NCBI GenBank assembly: GCA_964016885.1
Contig: OZ024764.1
Location: 17,174,001-17,238,000, forward strand
Direction: 5' to 3'
From: Eledone cirrhosa
Taxonomy: Eukaryota
Length of the DNA: 64,000 nt
This document shows, one piece after another, positions 21,467 through 34,124 of this stretch; within the stretch, counting starts at the first letter, position 1; every line of letters starts with the position of its first letter. The notes under the pieces were generated by a model. The model was not told the DNA's origin. It did not search any database and was given only the letters and a program-made list of their open reading frames with translations. The position numbers and the translations under genes were made by a program.

Positions 21467-23147
21467 ACATTAGATAATGTAGTCCTAGATACACTGTGTC
21501 TGTATATAAGACAGGACACATTAGATAGTGTAGTCCTAGATATACTGTGTCTGTATATAAGACAGGACACATTAGATAATGTAGTCCTAGATAGACTGTG
21601 TCTGTATATAAGACAGGACACATTAGATAATGTAGTCCTAGATACACTGTGTCTGTATATAAGACAGGACACATTAGATAATGTAGTCCTAGATACACTG
21701 TGTCTGTATATAAGACAGGACACATTAGATAATGTAGTCCTAGATACACTGTGTCTGTATATAAGACAGGACACATTAGATAATGTAGTCCTAGGTAGAC
21801 TGTGTCTGTATATAAGACAGGACACATTAGATAATGTAGTCCTAGATACACTGTGTCTGTATATAAGACAGGACACATTAGATAATGTAGTCCTAGATAC
21901 ACTGTGTCTGTATATAAGACAGGACACATTAGATAATGTAGTCCTAGGTACACTCTGTCTGTATATAAGACAGGACACATTAGATAATGTAGTCCTAGGT
22001 ACACTGTGTCTGTATATAAGACAGGACACATTAGACAATGTAGTCCTAGATACACTGTGTCTGTATATAAGACAGGACACATTAGATAATGTAGTCCTAG
22101 GTACACTGTGTCTGTATATAAGACAGGACACATTAGACAATGTAGTCCTAGGTAGACTGTGTCTGTATATAAGACAGGACACATTAGATAATGTAGTCCT
22201 AGGTACACTGTGTCTGTATATAAGACAGGACACATTAGATAATGTAGTCCTAGATACACTGTGTCTGTATATAAGACAGGACACATTAGATAATGTAGTC
22301 CTAGATACACTGTGTCTGTATATAAGACAGGACACATTAGACAATGTAGTCCTAGGTAGACTGTGTCTGTATATAAGACAGGACACATTAGATAATGTAG
22401 TCCTAGATACACTGTGTCTGTATATAAGACAGGACACATTAGATAATGTAGTCCTAGATACACTGTGTCTGTATATAAGACAGGACACATTAGATAATGT
22501 AGTCCTAGATAGACTGTGTCTGTATATAAGACAGGACACATTAGATAATGTAGTCCTAGATAGACTGTGTCTGTATATAAGACAGGACACATTAGATAAT
22601 GTAGTCCTAGGTAGACTGTGTCTGTATATAAGACAGGACACATTAGATAATGTAGTCCTAGATACACTGTGTCTGTATATAAGACAGGACACATTAGATA
22701 ATGTAGTCCTAGATACACTGTGTCTGTATATAAGACAGGACACATTAGATAATGTAGTCCTAGATAGACTGTGTCTGTATATAAGACAGGACACATTAGA
22801 TAATGTAGTCCTAGATAGACTGTGTCTGTATATAAGACAGGACACATTAGATAATGTAGTCCTAGGTAGACTGTGTCTGTATATAAGACAGGACACATTA
22901 GATAGTGTAGTCCTAGGTAGACTGTGTCTGTATATAAGACAGGACACATTAGATAATGTAGTCCTAGATACACTGTGTCTGTATATAAGACAGGACACAT
23001 TAGATAATGTAGTCCTAGATACACTGTGTCTGTATATAAGACAGGACACATTAGATAATGTAGTCCTAGATACACTGTGTCTGTATATAAGACAGGACAC
23101 ATTAGATAATGTAGTCCTAGATACACTGTGTCTGTATATAAGACAGG
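21467..23147. repeat. 51-bp intronic minisatellite (about 33 copies)
   Basis: Unit acattagataatgtagtcctagatacactgtgtctgtatataagacaggac; it fills most of FBXW8 intron 5. Confidence 0.95.
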
Positions 23148-23237
23148 ATGGTCACAACTGGAACATCTTTGATCATAGGTCTACAGGATACAGCACCAAC
23201 CTAGAGTTAAACAACAACACTGTATCAGCTTCCTTAC

Positions 23238-23326
23238 CCTGCTACGAGGATGTCCCTGTGATAAGAGGCAGCTGACAAAACTCCTCCTTGTACATACTGC
23301 AATGACCTTACTCTGCCCAGTCGCAC
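23238..23326 (-). CDS. FBXW8: FBXW8 coding exon 5
   Basis: catctag acceptor and gtaagg donor; 89 nt, phase 0/2. Translates VRLGRVRSLQYVQGGVLSAASYHRDILVA(G), comparable to the FBXW8 'G.VSELEHVP..VL.....DGVVIAGY' region. Not present in the ORF track. Confidence 0.9.
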
Positions 23327-23349
23327 CTAGATGAAGAGAAAATGTTATT

Positions 23350-24235
23350 ATCTATTTTAAATATTATTATATATTTTTAAAATATTATTATATATCTTTA
23401 AAATATTATTATATATCTTTAAAATATTATTATATATTTTAAAAATATTACTATATATATTAAAAATATTATTACATAGTTTTAAAATATTATTATATAT
23501 TTTAAAAATATTACTATATATATTAAAAATATTATTACATAGTTTTAAAATATTATTATATATTTTAAAAATATTACTATATATATTAAAAATATTATTA
23601 CATAGTTTTAAAATATTATTATATATTTTAAAAATATTACTATATATATTAAAAATATTATTACATAGTTTTAAAATATTATTATATATTTTAAAAATAT
23701 TACTATATATATTAAAAATATTATTACATAGTTTTAAAATATTATTATATATTTTAAAAATATTACTATATATATTAAAAATATTATTACATAGTTTTAA
23801 AATATTATTATATATTTTAAAAATATTACTATATATATTAAAAATATTATTACATAGTTTTAAAATATTATTATATATTTTAAAAATATTACTATATATA
23901 TTAAAAATATTATTACATAGTTTTAAAATATTATTATATATTTTAAAAATATTACTATATATATTAAAAATATTATTACATAGTTTTAAAATATTATTAT
24001 ATATTTTAAAAATATTATCTTATATTTTCTAAATATTATTATATATTTTTAAAATATTACTATATATTTTAAAAATACTATTATATATTTTTAAAATATT
24101 ATTATATATCTTTAAAATATTATTATATATTTTTAAAATATTATATATTTTTGAAATATTACTCTATATATTAAAAATATTATTACATAGTTTTAAAATA
24201 TTATCTTATATTTTTAAAATATTATTATATATTTT
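23350..24235. repeat. AT-rich 63-bp higher-order minisatellite (three subunits of about 21 bp)
   Basis: taaaaatattattacatag recurs at 23461, 23524 and 23587 (period 63). Monomeric ~21-bp units occur at the edges. Confidence 0.88.
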
Positions 24236-24303
24236 TTCAGACATTCTAACCACATGTCGACCTTATGGGGTAGATAAAATAAAGTAGAAACAAGTATTAT
24301 TAC

Positions 24304-24495
24304 CTTCCAGTTGTTAATCAACATCTTCTGCCTCTCAAGGTCCTCTTTCACAACTGATTTCCAGCTGTCCTCTTCAATGAGGGGTCGTGGGGGTGTCACT
24401 AGGGCTTGAGCCTGAACCCTGTTCCTTTCTCGTTGACAATAAACATGGTACCATAACCAGTTGTCCTCAGACAAACTCTGCCAACTCTTGCTCAC
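24304..24495 (-). CDS. FBXW8: FBXW8 coding exon 4 (end of F-box)
   Basis: gtgtag acceptor and gtaata donor; 192 nt, phase 0/0. Translates [21 protein letters not shown]...[21 protein letters not shown]. Confidence 0.93.
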
Positions 24496-24559
24496 CTACA
24501 CAGAAGAAAAGGGTTCACTATATATATATATATGTATGTATATATATATATATATTATA

Positions 24560-24603
<44 letters not shown>

Positions 24604-24663
24604 CATACATATATATATACATATATATATATAAATATATATATATGTATATATATGTACATA

Positions 24664-24701
<38 letters not shown>

Positions 24702-24745
24702 TACATACATACATATATATAAATATATATATATGTATATATTTA

Positions 24746-24778
<33 letters not shown>

Positions 24779-25036
24779 GTGCCAAAAGTAAACAGAAACA
24801 ACAAAACAAACAACACAGTACAATGAAGAAATATATTAGTTTAACGCTTGATATAGTAGGAAATGGTTTAGTCTTGAGCACACATACACAGAGACAGTCA
24901 CAGATAAACACATACATACATACAGACATACACACAAACATACACTCACACACACAATTAAACACATATATACACACACACACACACAAACAGGTGAAAA
25001 GTGCAAAGAAAAAGGTGAAAGATGGAGGTCCCTTAC

Positions 25037-25141
25037 CTGTGCACAACTACATAAATCTTTCAGGTCCAGATACTGGAAAATCTTAAGGGCCAATTCTCGT
25101 GCTAACGAGATTTCAAAGAATGGAATCTCGTTAATTTCATC
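25037..25141 (-). CDS. FBXW8: FBXW8 coding exon 3 (F-box)
   Basis: cacctag acceptor and gtaagg donor; 105 nt. Translates [35 protein letters not shown], similar to vertebrate FBXW8 'NEMNDVPFFDIQLPYELAINIFQYLD..EL..CAQVS'. Confidence 0.94.
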
Positions 25142-25272
25142 CTAGGTGAGACAAAGTTGGTTAAAAGAAAATTTAATTAATTAATTAATTAAATATTTCT
25201 GTTGAAATTTCATAATTTAATTTGAGATAACCGGTAATGTTATATATACATATATAATGTTATATATACATA

Positions 25273-25328
<56 letters not shown>

Positions 25329-25466
25329 TAAAGAGTCAGGACCCTGAAGGCTGAGCTCCGGCCATTTCGACAGCTAGATCTGACCTAACCCAGCATATAT
25401 ACATATATATATATATGCTATATATATATATATATGCTATATATATATATATGCTATATATATATA

Positions 25467-26070
25467 GCTTCCGGTACCTAGGAGATCAGATTAGCATGGG
25501 AGGAGGGTGTTCCGAGGCCATAGTATCTAGAATAAGGACGGGTTGGAAGAAGTTTAGGGAGCTGCTTCCTCTGTTGACGAAGAAGGGTTTCTCCCTGCGT
25601 ACGAAAGGCCGGTTGTATGATGCCTGTGTGAGGAGCGCGATGCTGCATGGTAGTGAGACATGGGCAGCAACTGCAGAGGATATGCGACGGCTGGAGAGAA
25701 ATGAGGCAAGCATGCTCCGTTGGATGTGCAGTGTAAATGTGCGTGAACGACCTAGCATAAATGTGTTGAGAGGGATAGAATGTAGTGTACGGGAGAGGAG
25801 ACTGAGGTGGTATGGACATGTGATGCGCATGGAGGATGACCAATGGGTGAAGAAGTGCCAGGAAATGCCAGTTGAAGGAAGACGTGGTAGAGGTAGACCA
25901 CGGAAAACATGGGCGGAGGTGGTGAGAACAGACCTCAGATCATTGAAGCTCACGGTGGAGATGACGAGGGACCGTGACGAGTGGAGAGATGCTGTGCTGA
26001 ATAAGACCCGTCCCACCCTTGCAAGCAGGGAAAAGCGGACGTAAAATGATGATGATGATGATGATGATGA
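25467..26070 (+). mobile_element. RTE LINE 3' fragment with an intact reading frame (young)
   Basis: Translates FRYLGDQIS...SRIRTGWKKFRELLPLL...KGRLYDACVRSAMLHGSETW...RWYGHVMR...GRGRPRKTW...REKRT*, then a (TGA)n tail. Confidence 0.95.
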
Positions 26071-26339
26071 TATGTGCTAGGTGTCATGACAAAAAGCACC
26101 CAGTCCACACTGTAAGGTGGTTGTGTAGGAGACACGGTAAAAAGGCTCCCAGTCCACACTGTAAATGTGGTTGGTGTTAGGAAGGGCATCCAGCCGTAGA
26201 GACCAAGCCAGGGTCAGTTCTATATGAGTAAGACACAGTCACCTGACCCAACTTGCCTCAAATAGGACAACCTCTCTAACCCATGCTAGTGTGGAAAATA
26301 GACATCAAATAATGAAGAAAAACAGTAGCTAACACTTAC

Positions 26340-26752
26340 CAAATCTGCCACAAGGGAATCAATGAAACTTTCTCTTCTCTTTCCCTCGTCTTTGCCCCTG
26401 GCCATCTTCATTTTTTTTTTGTCCAATCTCCGAGGCTCACCACCGCAACTGTTGCACTCTGACCCAGAATCGAAGTAGGATCGCTTGGCAGCTATCGTGT
26501 GTTTGTCCGTGTGTGTGTCTGTGATGGGGCCTGAGTTCAGTCTAGACGAGGATTTCGGACTGAGGCTGGAAGGGCATGACCCCTCCATTAAAAGGCGACC
26601 AACTATCACAAAGGGCTCGTACACCACGTCGGTCACATTCTCCGTCACCTGTGAAAGGAGGGATGCTGCTTCAGGGCCCAGCCTAACAGCCCCTTTGCTA
26701 GCCCCTGCATGATCCAAAGAGGTCCCACATTTTTCGCCAGGTTCAAAAGGAC
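26340..26752 (-). CDS. FBXW8: FBXW8 coding exon 2
   Basis: cctcag acceptor and gtaagt donor; 413 nt, phase 1/0. Ends ESFIDSLVADL and joins DEINEIPFF. Confidence 0.88.
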
Positions 26753-27289
26753 CTGAGGATGAGAAAAGATATAAAAACAAAGAAAGTATGTAAATGAATC
26801 TATAACAACAAAAGTGTTGGTCATCTACAAAATAAATACACCCAGTACACTCTGTAAAGTGGTTGGTGATAGGAAGGACTCCCAGCCATAGAAAACCTGC
26901 TAAATAAGGATGTAACAACTCCCTCTATGTTGGTGATTTACTCATTAAATACACCGAGTACACTCTGTAAAGTGGTTGGTGATAGGAAAAGAAGGGTATC
27001 CAGCCATAGAAAACCTGCTAAACAAAGGGTTGTGAGGACTCTTTAGTTGTATCAAAGATATAACAACCTCTCTAGTGTTGGTGATTTACATGGATAAATA
27101 CACCCAGTACACTCTGTAAATTTGGTTAGTGATAGGAAAAGCTCCAATCCATAGAAAGCCTTTAAACAAAGGGTCATGCGGACCCTTCAGTTGTGCCAAA
27201 GACATGACAACCTCGCAAGTGCTGGTGTGATAATAAAATGCACCCAGTACAAAAAGTCGAAGATCAACTTGTGGTGTGAGTAGGTTATG

Positions 27290-27545
27290 CCTGGAAGGAA
27301 GGTTGGCTGGTAAGAGAAGCAGAGGCCGGCAGCCAAAATGATGGCTTGACAATGTCAACTTATGGACTGGACTTGATCTTTGCTCTTTAAACTCTGCTGT
27401 TGGTGATCAAAAGGTATTATATATTCCCGGGAGGAAGGTTGGCTGGTAAGAGAAGCCAAGGCTGGCAGCCAAAATGATGGCTTGACAATGTCAACTTATG
27501 GACTGGACTTGATCTTTGCTCTTTAAACTCTGCTGTTGGTGATCG
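27290..27545 (+). mobile_element. duplicated 3' fragment of another RTE-like LINE
   Basis: Two copies of about 110 bp reading EGRLAGKRSRGRQPK*WLDNVNLWTGLDL. Confidence 0.6.
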
Positions 27546-27712
27546 AACTTTGAGGAGAGAGGTATCACATGTTGATGAGCAGTCTGCAAATGGTGGAGTT
27601 TAACGTCACAAGGGTACACTCTGTAAAGTCACCTGTCACCAGCCTATTTATGCACCCCTTAAGCCACACACCTGCACAAAAGACACACCTTGTTAGATAA
27701 TCTTCAACATAC

Positions 27713-27827
27713 CTGATCCCTTATCCTCTCTGAGGGCCACATTTGGGTAGTGCAGGGAGTCGTTCTGTGACCCCAGTTCTTTCTTCCACTGAGATCGGAA
27801 TTGATCAAGTTCAACTTCTCGCGCCAT
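27713..27827 (-). CDS. FBXW8: FBXW8 coding exon 1 (ATG at 27827; exon acceptor at 27842-41, so a 5' UTR exon lies further right)
   Basis: Translates MAREVELDQFRSQWKKELGSQNDSLHYPNVALREDKGS(G), comparable to the FBXW8 N-terminus 'LDEFRRRWQEEL'. gtatgt donor, phase 1. The whole CDS sums to 2232 nt. Confidence 0.9.
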
Positions 27828-27934
27828 TTTACACCGCACCCTGTAGAAATATGATGACAATGATGATGATGGTAATAATAATTGTTTCTACTTTAGGCAC
27901 AAGGCCAGCAATTTGGGGGAGAGGAGTCGTTTAA

Positions 27935-28629
27935 CCCTTTAGTATTTACTCTATATATACTATTGTATTTTTGTGGTAAAAGCTTTACCTCACATAATAT
28001 CTCACATAACATCTACATTACTCTATATATACTATTGTATTGTCACAGTAAAGGCTTTACCTCACATAACATTTACATTACTCTATATATACTATTGTAT
28101 TGTCACAGTAAAGGCTTTACCTCACATAATATCGCACATAACATTTACATTACTCTATATATACTATTGTATTGTCACAGTAAAGGCTTTACCTCACATA
28201 ATATCTCACATAACATTTACATTACTCTATATATACTATTGTATTTTCACAGTAAAGGCTTTACCTCACATAATATCTCACATAACATTTACATTACTCT
28301 ATATATACTATTGTATTTTCACAGTAAAGGCTTTACCTCACATAATATCTCACATAACATTTACATTACTCTATATATACTATTGTATTGTCACAGTAAA
28401 GGCTTTACCTCACATAATATCTCACATAACATTTACATTACTCTATATATACTATTGTATTTTCACAGTAAAGGCTTTACCTCACATAATATCGAATCTA
28501 CGAGATTTTGATGTTATTTATTTTGAGAACAATACCTTAATATCAGTATGAGTGGCCAGTTACGGCCAGTTTGAACAGAAAGAGGTGAGAGAATTCTGGC
28601 CGGTTACAGCCGGTTTAAATGCTAAAAGG
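27935..28629 (+). mobile_element. complete piggyBac-like non-autonomous element (TTAA TSD) carrying a 72-bp minisatellite
   Basis: TTAA|ccctttagtattta ... taaatgctaaaagg|TTAA, with TSDs at 27931-34 and 28630-33 and imperfect 14-bp TIRs. Confidence 0.82.
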
Positions 28630-28779
28630 TTAAACAGATGTTAAACGATGATGATGATGTGTGATTATAGTGTAGTACTTGACTATTTTCTTTGGTAAGA
28701 TGAGAAAAGCTCTATGCACTTTACAGTTCTCAGGTGTAGAAGCTGGAAGATTAAGTTACCGACAGTTAATATATCCTGT

Positions 28780-29140
28780 TGTTAAGGGCGGTTCGGGAAG
28801 CAGAGGATTTAAAATTCAATATCATAAGAAACTTACTGAGATATTTGGTGACGCTCTTGGTGAGAGTACTTGGTTGTTTCAACGCCTTAGCCTCGCCATC
28901 AACCGGCCTTACCGAGCTATCTGGTGATTCCCGTGAGAGTACTTGGTTGTATCAGCGCCTTAGCCTCGCTATTCCACAAGCTTACCGAAGTATCTGGTGA
29001 TGTTCTTAGTAATGGTAGTTGGTTGTTTCAGCACCTTAGCCTCGCCATCATCCACACTAATGCTGTCAATGTGTTGACTTGCCTCAACAACTTCCGTTTG
29101 AACCCTGAAGATGTGAGGTGTATTACAGATCAACAGTGTT
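28780..29140 (+). mobile_element. RLE-type (CRE-like) LINE 3' end with a ~74-bp triplication
   Basis: ESTWLFQRLSLAI occurs three times and ends SLAIIHTNAVNVL, resembling the CRE-clade C-terminal 'FQRLS.AIQRGNA..VL' motif. Confidence 0.6.
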
Positions 29141-29635
29141 GAATTAAAGGGGTTTTTCTCTCGCTTTGACCATATATTTTAGTATAATATATATATAAGG
29201 TTCCTAACAATAATTAACTGATTATATATATGTATTTCTATGTAATATTATATATTTGTTATTATATAATAAAAGTACATCTCTTTACACAAATATATAT
29301 AACATATATATATATACAAAACGGTGTTTACTAAAGAAAGTTCCTTGTGTTTAATTATTCCAATTTTAGCAATCTTAACTTTACTTAAACCATCAGTTCA
29401 TGTGGAGAGGATTCGTTATAAAATAACAAAAAATAACCCTAAAAAGCAAACAAACAAACAGACAAAAACCTGTGTGGGACGTTTCGCTATAGGTATATAA
29501 AATGGCAGGCATGTTTAATGGATTCTGAAGAATTCAGTAGAAAGGGAGCGATAACATGGGAGTTCGTGTTGTATTGAAACATTGTAAATCTATTAAAGAA
29601 TTTAATGTAATCTAATCCTAGTTATTTTATTCATC

Positions 29636-29672
<37 letters not shown>

Positions 29673-29792
29673 GGTGTACATATATTTATACACACACATC
29701 TCTCTCTCTCTATATATATATACGTATATATATACACACACATATATATATATGTATACACACATATATTTAAGTTTGGTGTCATTTTACTC

Positions 29793-29830
<38 letters not shown>

Positions 29831-30126
29831 CGATGTATCATTTAAGGCAATCCAAGTAGCGGTTTTAGACAACGAACTAATAAAACATTTAATACTTGGA
29901 ATAAACCCTGCTGTATAGCCTTTGTTAACTTTGGCTTTCATCCTTACGTGGTCGATAAAATAAAGTACCAGTAATGCACTGGGTATTTGCTGACCTTGTG
30001 CCAAACGTAGAAACAATTATTTAATTAGAAAGTGGACAACATACTATATAACTACTCCATAACCAAAGGTTTCAGGAATCCCAGACAATATTAACCTACG
30101 TCTAGTTCCCTCATCAGGCAAATACT

Positions 30127-30247
<121 letters not shown>

Positions 30248-30445
30248 AACGAATAGGACCCCGACGGCTGAGCTCAAGCCGTTCCTATTACCCACTCTAC
30301 TACCCTAAGTATTGAGTACTTTGGTGCGTTATGGTCCACCTGGTTCCTTACCACATTTCCTCTACTTTTCCCATCTTGACGTTATAGTCGCATATATGTT
30401 ATAGAATGCCGTTAGCTTCTTGCTAAAACAATCTCTATACCTCTC

Positions 30446-30511
<66 letters not shown>

Positions 30512-31217
30512 TAAGTTATTCCGGGTTGAATCGGAGGTAACCACAGTAAGTAAGGTACTCAATACATAGCAGAGTATAAAAGTTTTAATATAGATGAGAT
30601 TCTTTAGAAATCATCAGATTCCTGATGATTTCTAAAGAATGAAACAGTTCTAGTCCTGTAGAATCTCATATATATATATATATATATACATAGACAGACA
30701 CACAGCACCAACACACAGACACAGAGTAGAGAGACAGGTAGAGAGAGAGAGAGACAAGCACATGTACATCAGTGGTAGTTACCCCAACAAGACAACAAGA
30801 CGGAAGAAGTGTAATTAAAGAAGACGGAAGCTGAGAAGTAAATACAAGGGGATCACTACCACAACAACGGTCAGACCCAAGGCGGGTGGGTTTTCTTGTC
30901 TTATATATATATATTTATATACCTAATATATATATATATATAGATCGATAGAGAGAGGACTTTTAAAGGATCAGATCATAGACCCGAGACCCCGGAGGGT
31001 GGGTTTTGTTGAGTTTTAATATATATATATATATATTACTTAGTATATATATATATTAGGATCTAGCTGTCGAAAGGGCCGGAGCTCAGCCGTCGGGGTC
31101 CTGAATCTTTTCATATATATATATATTGAACAAGGGACCATAATTACAGCGATCTAGGACCAAAGACCCAGGAAGAGGAAGGTAGGCTTTGTTTTGTTTT
31201 ATTATGTATATATATAC

Positions 31218-31248
<31 letters not shown>

Positions 31249-31281
31249 CATACATATATATATATACATATATATATATAC

Positions 31282-31312
<31 letters not shown>

Positions 31313-31317
31313 CATAC

Positions 31318-31362
<45 letters not shown>

Positions 31363-31387
31363 TATATACATACATATATATATATAC

Positions 31388-31422
<35 letters not shown>

Positions 31423-31483
31423 CATATATATACATACATATATATACATATATATACATACATATATATACATATATATATAC

Positions 31484-31574
<91 letters not shown>

Positions 31575-31579
31575 TATAT

Positions 31580-31672
<93 letters not shown>

Positions 31673-31679
31673 TATATAC

Positions 31680-31756
<77 letters not shown>

Positions 31757-31775
31757 TATATACATATATATACAC

Positions 31776-31816
<41 letters not shown>

Positions 31817-31898
31817 AGTGTGTGTATGTAGAGAGAGAAAACGATCTTTGGAGCCAAATGTACAATTTTGTGTCTGTAAGTGTTGTTGTCTAAATATT

Positions 31899-31953
<55 letters not shown>

Positions 31954-32017
31954 AATGATGTTTACCCTTTGTATTGAGTACCTTTTTAAACTCCCGATTA
32001 TACTCGGGATCTTCATG

Positions 32018-32052
<35 letters not shown>

Positions 32053-32059
32053 CACATAC

Positions 32060-32136
<77 letters not shown>

Positions 32137-32452
32137 TTATTTATATTGTATATACATGGATTTGAATATATATGTGTATTTATTAATTTATATATTTATT
32201 TGTATATCTATATATTTAAATACATGTGTGTATATATATATATATATGTGTGTGTATATATATATATATATATGTTCGTGTATATATATATATGTATGTA
32301 TATATATATGTATGTATATATATATGTATGTATATATATATGTATGTATATATATATATATATATATATGTATATGTATATGTATGTATATATATATGTG
32401 TGTGTATACATACATATTCATATATATATATTATACTATATACACGTGCGTA

Positions 32453-32509
<57 letters not shown>

Positions 32510-33084
32510 GTGTGTATACAGGGTTATATTAAATTAACCCTTCTCCCGTCCCCTTTCCGGGTATATAGGCCACCCTCTGATTCACCCCCAAAACATAACA
32601 AAAAGAAATTTGACAAGCCCTTAGTCAGCCTCATGAATAATGGTCTTTATATACACACGTGTGTATATATATATATATATATAGATATATATGTATATAT
32701 ATGTGTGTGTGTGTGTATATATACACATCAATGCTTATATATATATATATGCAAAGTTTTATTTAAATTGTTGGGTTACAACGAGTAAATATTTATAACT
32801 GATATATATATATATATATATATACAAATAAACGTATTCATAAAGAATGTATATATTATATACATATGTGTATGTGTATATATATATATAACAAAGGAAA
32901 TGTGGTAAGGAACCAGGTGGACCATAACGCACCAGAGTACTCAATACTTAGGGTAAAAGTATGACCCCGAGAGTCCAGAAATAGCCGTCGAAACGGCTTG
33001 AGCTCTGCCGTCGGGGTCATACTTTTTCCTATATATATATATATATATATACGTGTGTGTGTGTGTATATAAATATATATATAT

Positions 33085-33200
33085 ATAGTGGAGCCTCCCT
33101 TCACGAACAAATCGGTTCAAAAACAATTTTTCCGAACACAAAACGTTTCGGCTCACGAAGGGTGACTCGAGTAACGAACACACAAGCCGGCAACAATGGT
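33085..33200 (+). mobile_element. possible Tc1-mariner/Tigger-like MITE terminus
   Basis: ta-tagtggagcctcccttcacgaac...cgaac...ttcgg..acgaa resembles Tigger-type ends. The second end was not found. Confidence 0.35.
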
Positions 33201-33535
33201 TGGCGACAATTTGGTGGTGGTGGTTGTGTAGTGGTGGTGGTAGTGGTGGTGGCGGTGGTGATGGTGGTTGTGGTAGTGATGGTGGTGGTGGTGGTGGTTG
33301 ATGGTGGTGTAGTGGTGGTGGTGGTGGTGTAGTGATGGTGTTGATGGTGGTGGTGGTGTAGTGGTGGTGTTGATGGTGGTGGTGGTGGTTGTTGGTAGTG
33401 TAGTGGTGGTGGTAGTGGTGGTGGTAGTGGTGGTGGTGGTGGTGGTGTTGTTGTTGTTGTCAGCCAACTGTAGTAATTGTTCTTACTGAACAAAAGAAGT
33501 GTGCTATAATTTCCTGTTGTTGTTGGTTGAGTTGG

Positions 33536-33597
<62 letters not shown>

Positions 33598-33699
33598 TAT
33601 ATATATAGTGTTGTTGTTGTACTGGTGGTGGTATTGGTGGAGGTGGTTTGACATGTCAAGATTGGTCATTGACAGATAAATAGATAGGTAGATAGATAT

Positions 33700-34015
33700 G
33701 TTTCTTTATTAGCCACAGGGGCACAAAAGAAGGGGACAAATACAAAGGGGGAAGTTTACATACAATAAAAACGTGTAAAATACTATCACAGATGCAATTT
33801 AAAAGTCAATCGATTTTTCTCCAATGGAGGGAGACATTACATATGAGTAACACATACCCCCGAAAAAATGTGCAACCCTCATCTCCAGGAGCACAAAGAG
33901 TGAGTACTCCCTTTCCTCTCTTCCCCTTTTTCCTCAACCTACAGGCTGATATAGAGAGAAGGCCCATTCACTCGGGCCATTCTCGCCACTTTCACCCACC
34001 TTTCATAAAACTTGC
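33700..34015 (-). mobile_element. Tx1/L1-like LINE 3' end within (GATA)n
   Basis: Homologous to 34125-34460 (ggcccattcac.cgggccattctcgccactttcaccca) and flanked by GATA repeats. Confidence 0.75.
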
Positions 34016-34124
34016 TGGATAGATAGATAGATAGATAGATATATATAGATAGTTAGATAGATATAGAGTTAGATAGATAGATAGATAAATAGATAGATAG
34101 TTAGATAGATAGGTAGACAGATAT

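Noticed and set aside
21451-23275. 549-604-aa repeat ORFs on both strands
   Set aside because: This is a 51-bp minisatellite inside a phase-verified FBXW8 intron.
29400-29580. FBXW8 promoter or first non-coding exon
   Set aside because: The position is plausible but I see only weak motifs, so boundaries cannot be supported without transcript data.
31086-32788. YI/IY-rich ORFs (also at 37.5-40.6 kb, 45.6-48.2 kb and 62-63 kb)
   Set aside because: These are (TA)n/(CA)n microsatellite translations.
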